DNA of 63,829 bases, the filler included, from Pirum gemmata (taxonomy: Eukaryota): assembly GCA_002812295.1 (NCBI GenBank). It is 10 parts of 10 records of this genome, joined end to end, with 100 filler letters (N's around TTAATTAATTAA, not from the genome) between each part and the next. Parts side by side here need not be neighbours in the genome. Positions count along the whole stretch, not along the records: positions 57,888 to 63,829 come from PDIN01000320.1; 9 more parts are not named here. One strand, 5' to 3'. The notes below the pieces were generated by a model, which searched no databases, was not told the origin of the DNA, and saw only the letters and a list, made by a program, of their open reading frames with translations. This document shows, piece after piece, positions 61,643-63,829 of this stretch. The stretch's first letter is position 1. Every line of letters begins with the position of its first letter. A program made the position numbers and the translations under genes.

Positions 61643-62343
61643 TCATGATCCAAAAGGGGGAATTGGCCGATATTGTGCGTGAACAACAACTGAATAAACA
61701 CCAATTGCAACTTAAATTAAAAGAAAAAATTAAAATTTATACAAATTAATTGTAATAATATTAATATAATTATAATATTATGAGTATTATTAAAATTAAA
61801 CAAAAAAGACAGGTTAATTAAAATGATGTTGCAGTCTGTTTTTTACAAGAAGGGTTATTTAATATTTTATTTTTTTTAATAAAAAATCATCATTAATGAA
61901 ATATGATGCAAACAATCTAAAAACATTCTTCTTTTTTTATATTAATTATTAAAGGTCCATCTTAAAATTAAGTATGTTCGCATATTATTTCAAACCTATT
62001 AATTAAATACTGTTTTAAACTACTTATGTTTGAAAGTTGAAAATTCTAGTGAATCCCAAAAGTCGGATGTTTTTTAATTAAACTGTTTGCATCATATAAC
62101 ACACTTGTGTGTTGTACTATAAAAATTTCTATAAATAAAGTTGTTTTCGAAAAGAACATTAAAATATTTTATTATAATATTTTAATATTTACAAATATCA
62201 CAATAATTCTATGAAACTTACATATAGTAAAGATAACTGTCAGAATGGTATGGGCCTGCATTGACTCTGCAATGTTTTTTATAACCACATTTCCCGGGGT
62301 CTAGCTAGAGCTAAAGGCACCTATGAATAGCTAGCTAGTAAGA

Positions 62344-62714
62344 TTAGGGTTAGGGTTAGGGTTAAGGTTCTTATTAATTAGGGTTAGGGTTCTTAGGATT
62401 AGGGTTCTCAGGGTTAGGGTTAGGGTTGGGGTTAGGGTTAGGGTTAGGGTTAGGGTTGGGGTTAGGGTTAGGGTCCTTATTAAGGTCCTGAGGCTTTAAT
62501 TAAAGTCTCTAATTTATCGATAGCTCCAAATTTATAACTAATATGGTGATTATTCTCTTAGGTGCCTCCTTTTTATAAATTTTGTGACCGTTGGGGCTGG
62601 CTAACCCCGGTTGGGTGTTGAGTGTTAGGGGAATAGGGGTTGGGTAACTTGGTTGGGTAACTTGGGTACTCTTGGGTTAGGGTTAGGGTGGGTTAGGGTT
62701 AGGGTTAGGGTTAG
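62344..62714. repeat. Interstitial (TTAGGG)n tracts (62344-62473, 62676-62714)
   Basis: Direct reading. Confidence 0.88.
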
Positions 62715-62754
62715 TATGATCTACTACTCTTAGCTAGTTAATAGTCCGCAGGTT

Positions 62755-62892
62755 TCCAGTTCCAAAACCGAAATAAACGTAGACTAGGTATTTTAAAAAT
62801 TTTATATTTTTAAGGTTGTGTTTTATAAAAAAGTTTAATTATACACTTAAACAGTACCAAATTAAAGATGGAGAGGATAAATAAGGCGATAG
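62755..62892 (-). mobile_element. MITE family B, degenerate
   Basis: TTATACACTTAAACAGTACCAAATTAAAGATGGAGAGGA. Confidence 0.72.
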
Positions 62893-63027
62893 ACCTCGGC
62901 GATAGACCTACTAGCTAGCTAGCTAGAGGGCGATAGACTGAGGCGATAGACAACTAGCTAGTAGCTACTAGAGGTAGCTAGCTAGCTCTAGTGTAAATTT
63001 GTATGATAATATCATAGTCTGTATATC

Positions 63028-63172
63028 TGATCCGGAGGTATTGGGTTCGAATCCCCCCGACCAAGACGAAGACCGTCTATAAATACAACATAAAAGTCCA
63101 AATATCGTTGTCCCAATAACAACCAGTCGGGGTTTTCCAATAATTTCCCCACCTGTGAATCAAAAAAAAAAA
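63028..63172 (+). mobile_element. Possible tRNA-derived SINE fragment
   Basis: B-box GGGTTCGAATCCC in a tRNA 3'-half-like context, with an A-run at ~63162-63172. No complete cloverleaf. Confidence 0.4.
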
Positions 63173-63552
63173 TCTGATATCGATACATCAGATAGTCTAG
63201 CTAGACTAGTTACTAGCTACCACCTAGAGAGCCTACCACTAGTAGCTAGCTATCGTAGTGCTAGCTAACTAGTAGGCTAGTAGTATCATAGCTAGCTAGC
63301 TAGTACTATCATACCCGGTAGTAGTCCTGGACTCCTGGGTAGTAGTCTAGCTAGCTAGCTAGACCTAGGAGTAGTCTAGCTGGGGACTGGGGGGGGTGAC
63401 CCTAACTATCATAGCTAGCTAGCTGGACCTAGCTAGCTAGCTAGGGTCTAATCTAGCTACTAGAATCTAGCTAGCTAGCTAAGGGGTCTAACTCCTAGCT
63501 AGGGTCTAACTCGGGGTCTAAAATGCTTTTTGCTAGGTCTAGATGCTTTTTG

Positions 63553-63732
63553 GTGCTTTTTGATTGTTTTGTCATAATAAAATATACAGTAAATAGTACC
63601 AAATTAATACAATATAAATCCATTTAATTAATTTGGTATATTTTATTATCTATATATTTATTTAAAAGTGTCAAGTTAAATATTATAACCCTCCAAATAA
63701 ATATTTAGAGTGACAAAATAAATGAAAAGCAC
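63553..63732 (-). mobile_element. MITE family A
   Basis: GTGCTTTTTGATTGTTTTGTCA ... TGACAAAATAAATGAAAAGCAC. Confidence 0.9.
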
Positions 63733-63790
63733 AATAGTCTAATATTATTGGGCAACTTGCTACAGAGCTTGATTAATTTTTTTTTATTTG

Positions 63791-63829
<39 letters not shown>

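Overview
AT-rich eukaryotic DNA with GT-AG introns, TTAGGG repeats and a type II glutamine synthetase. An opisthokont source (ichthyosporean or fungus) is plausible but only inferred. The window is not one locus: about ten unrelated ~6.3 kb scaffolds are joined by artificial 100-nt linkers (44 N + TTAATTAATTAA + 44 N). Host genes: a secreted/GPI-type protein with two tandem alpha-beta-barrel-like repeats, two single-pass membrane proteins, a frameshifted MYND-finger gene, a secreted His-brace LPMO fused to a beta/gamma-crystallin-like domain and CBM1, two partial low-complexity genes, glutamine synthetase and a small secreted Thr/Glu-repeat protein. Intergenic DNA is packed with mobile elements: at least 7 MITE families (TA-flanked, PIF/Harbinger-like, hAT-like), a hAT transposase relic, decayed L1/Tx1 LINE copies and a decayed unknown ORF island. 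Most notable: (1) a Fanzor/TnpB RuvC-zinc-ribbon relic with a candidate structured omega-RNA, next to spaced direct repeats; (2) a 300-bp copia-type TRIM whose primer-binding site fits half-tRNA-Arg(ICG) priming; (3) the LPMO domain architecture; (4) evidence that the pervasive TAGACTA/TAGTCTA/TATCATA/TAGCTA sequence is accumulated transposon excision footprints.
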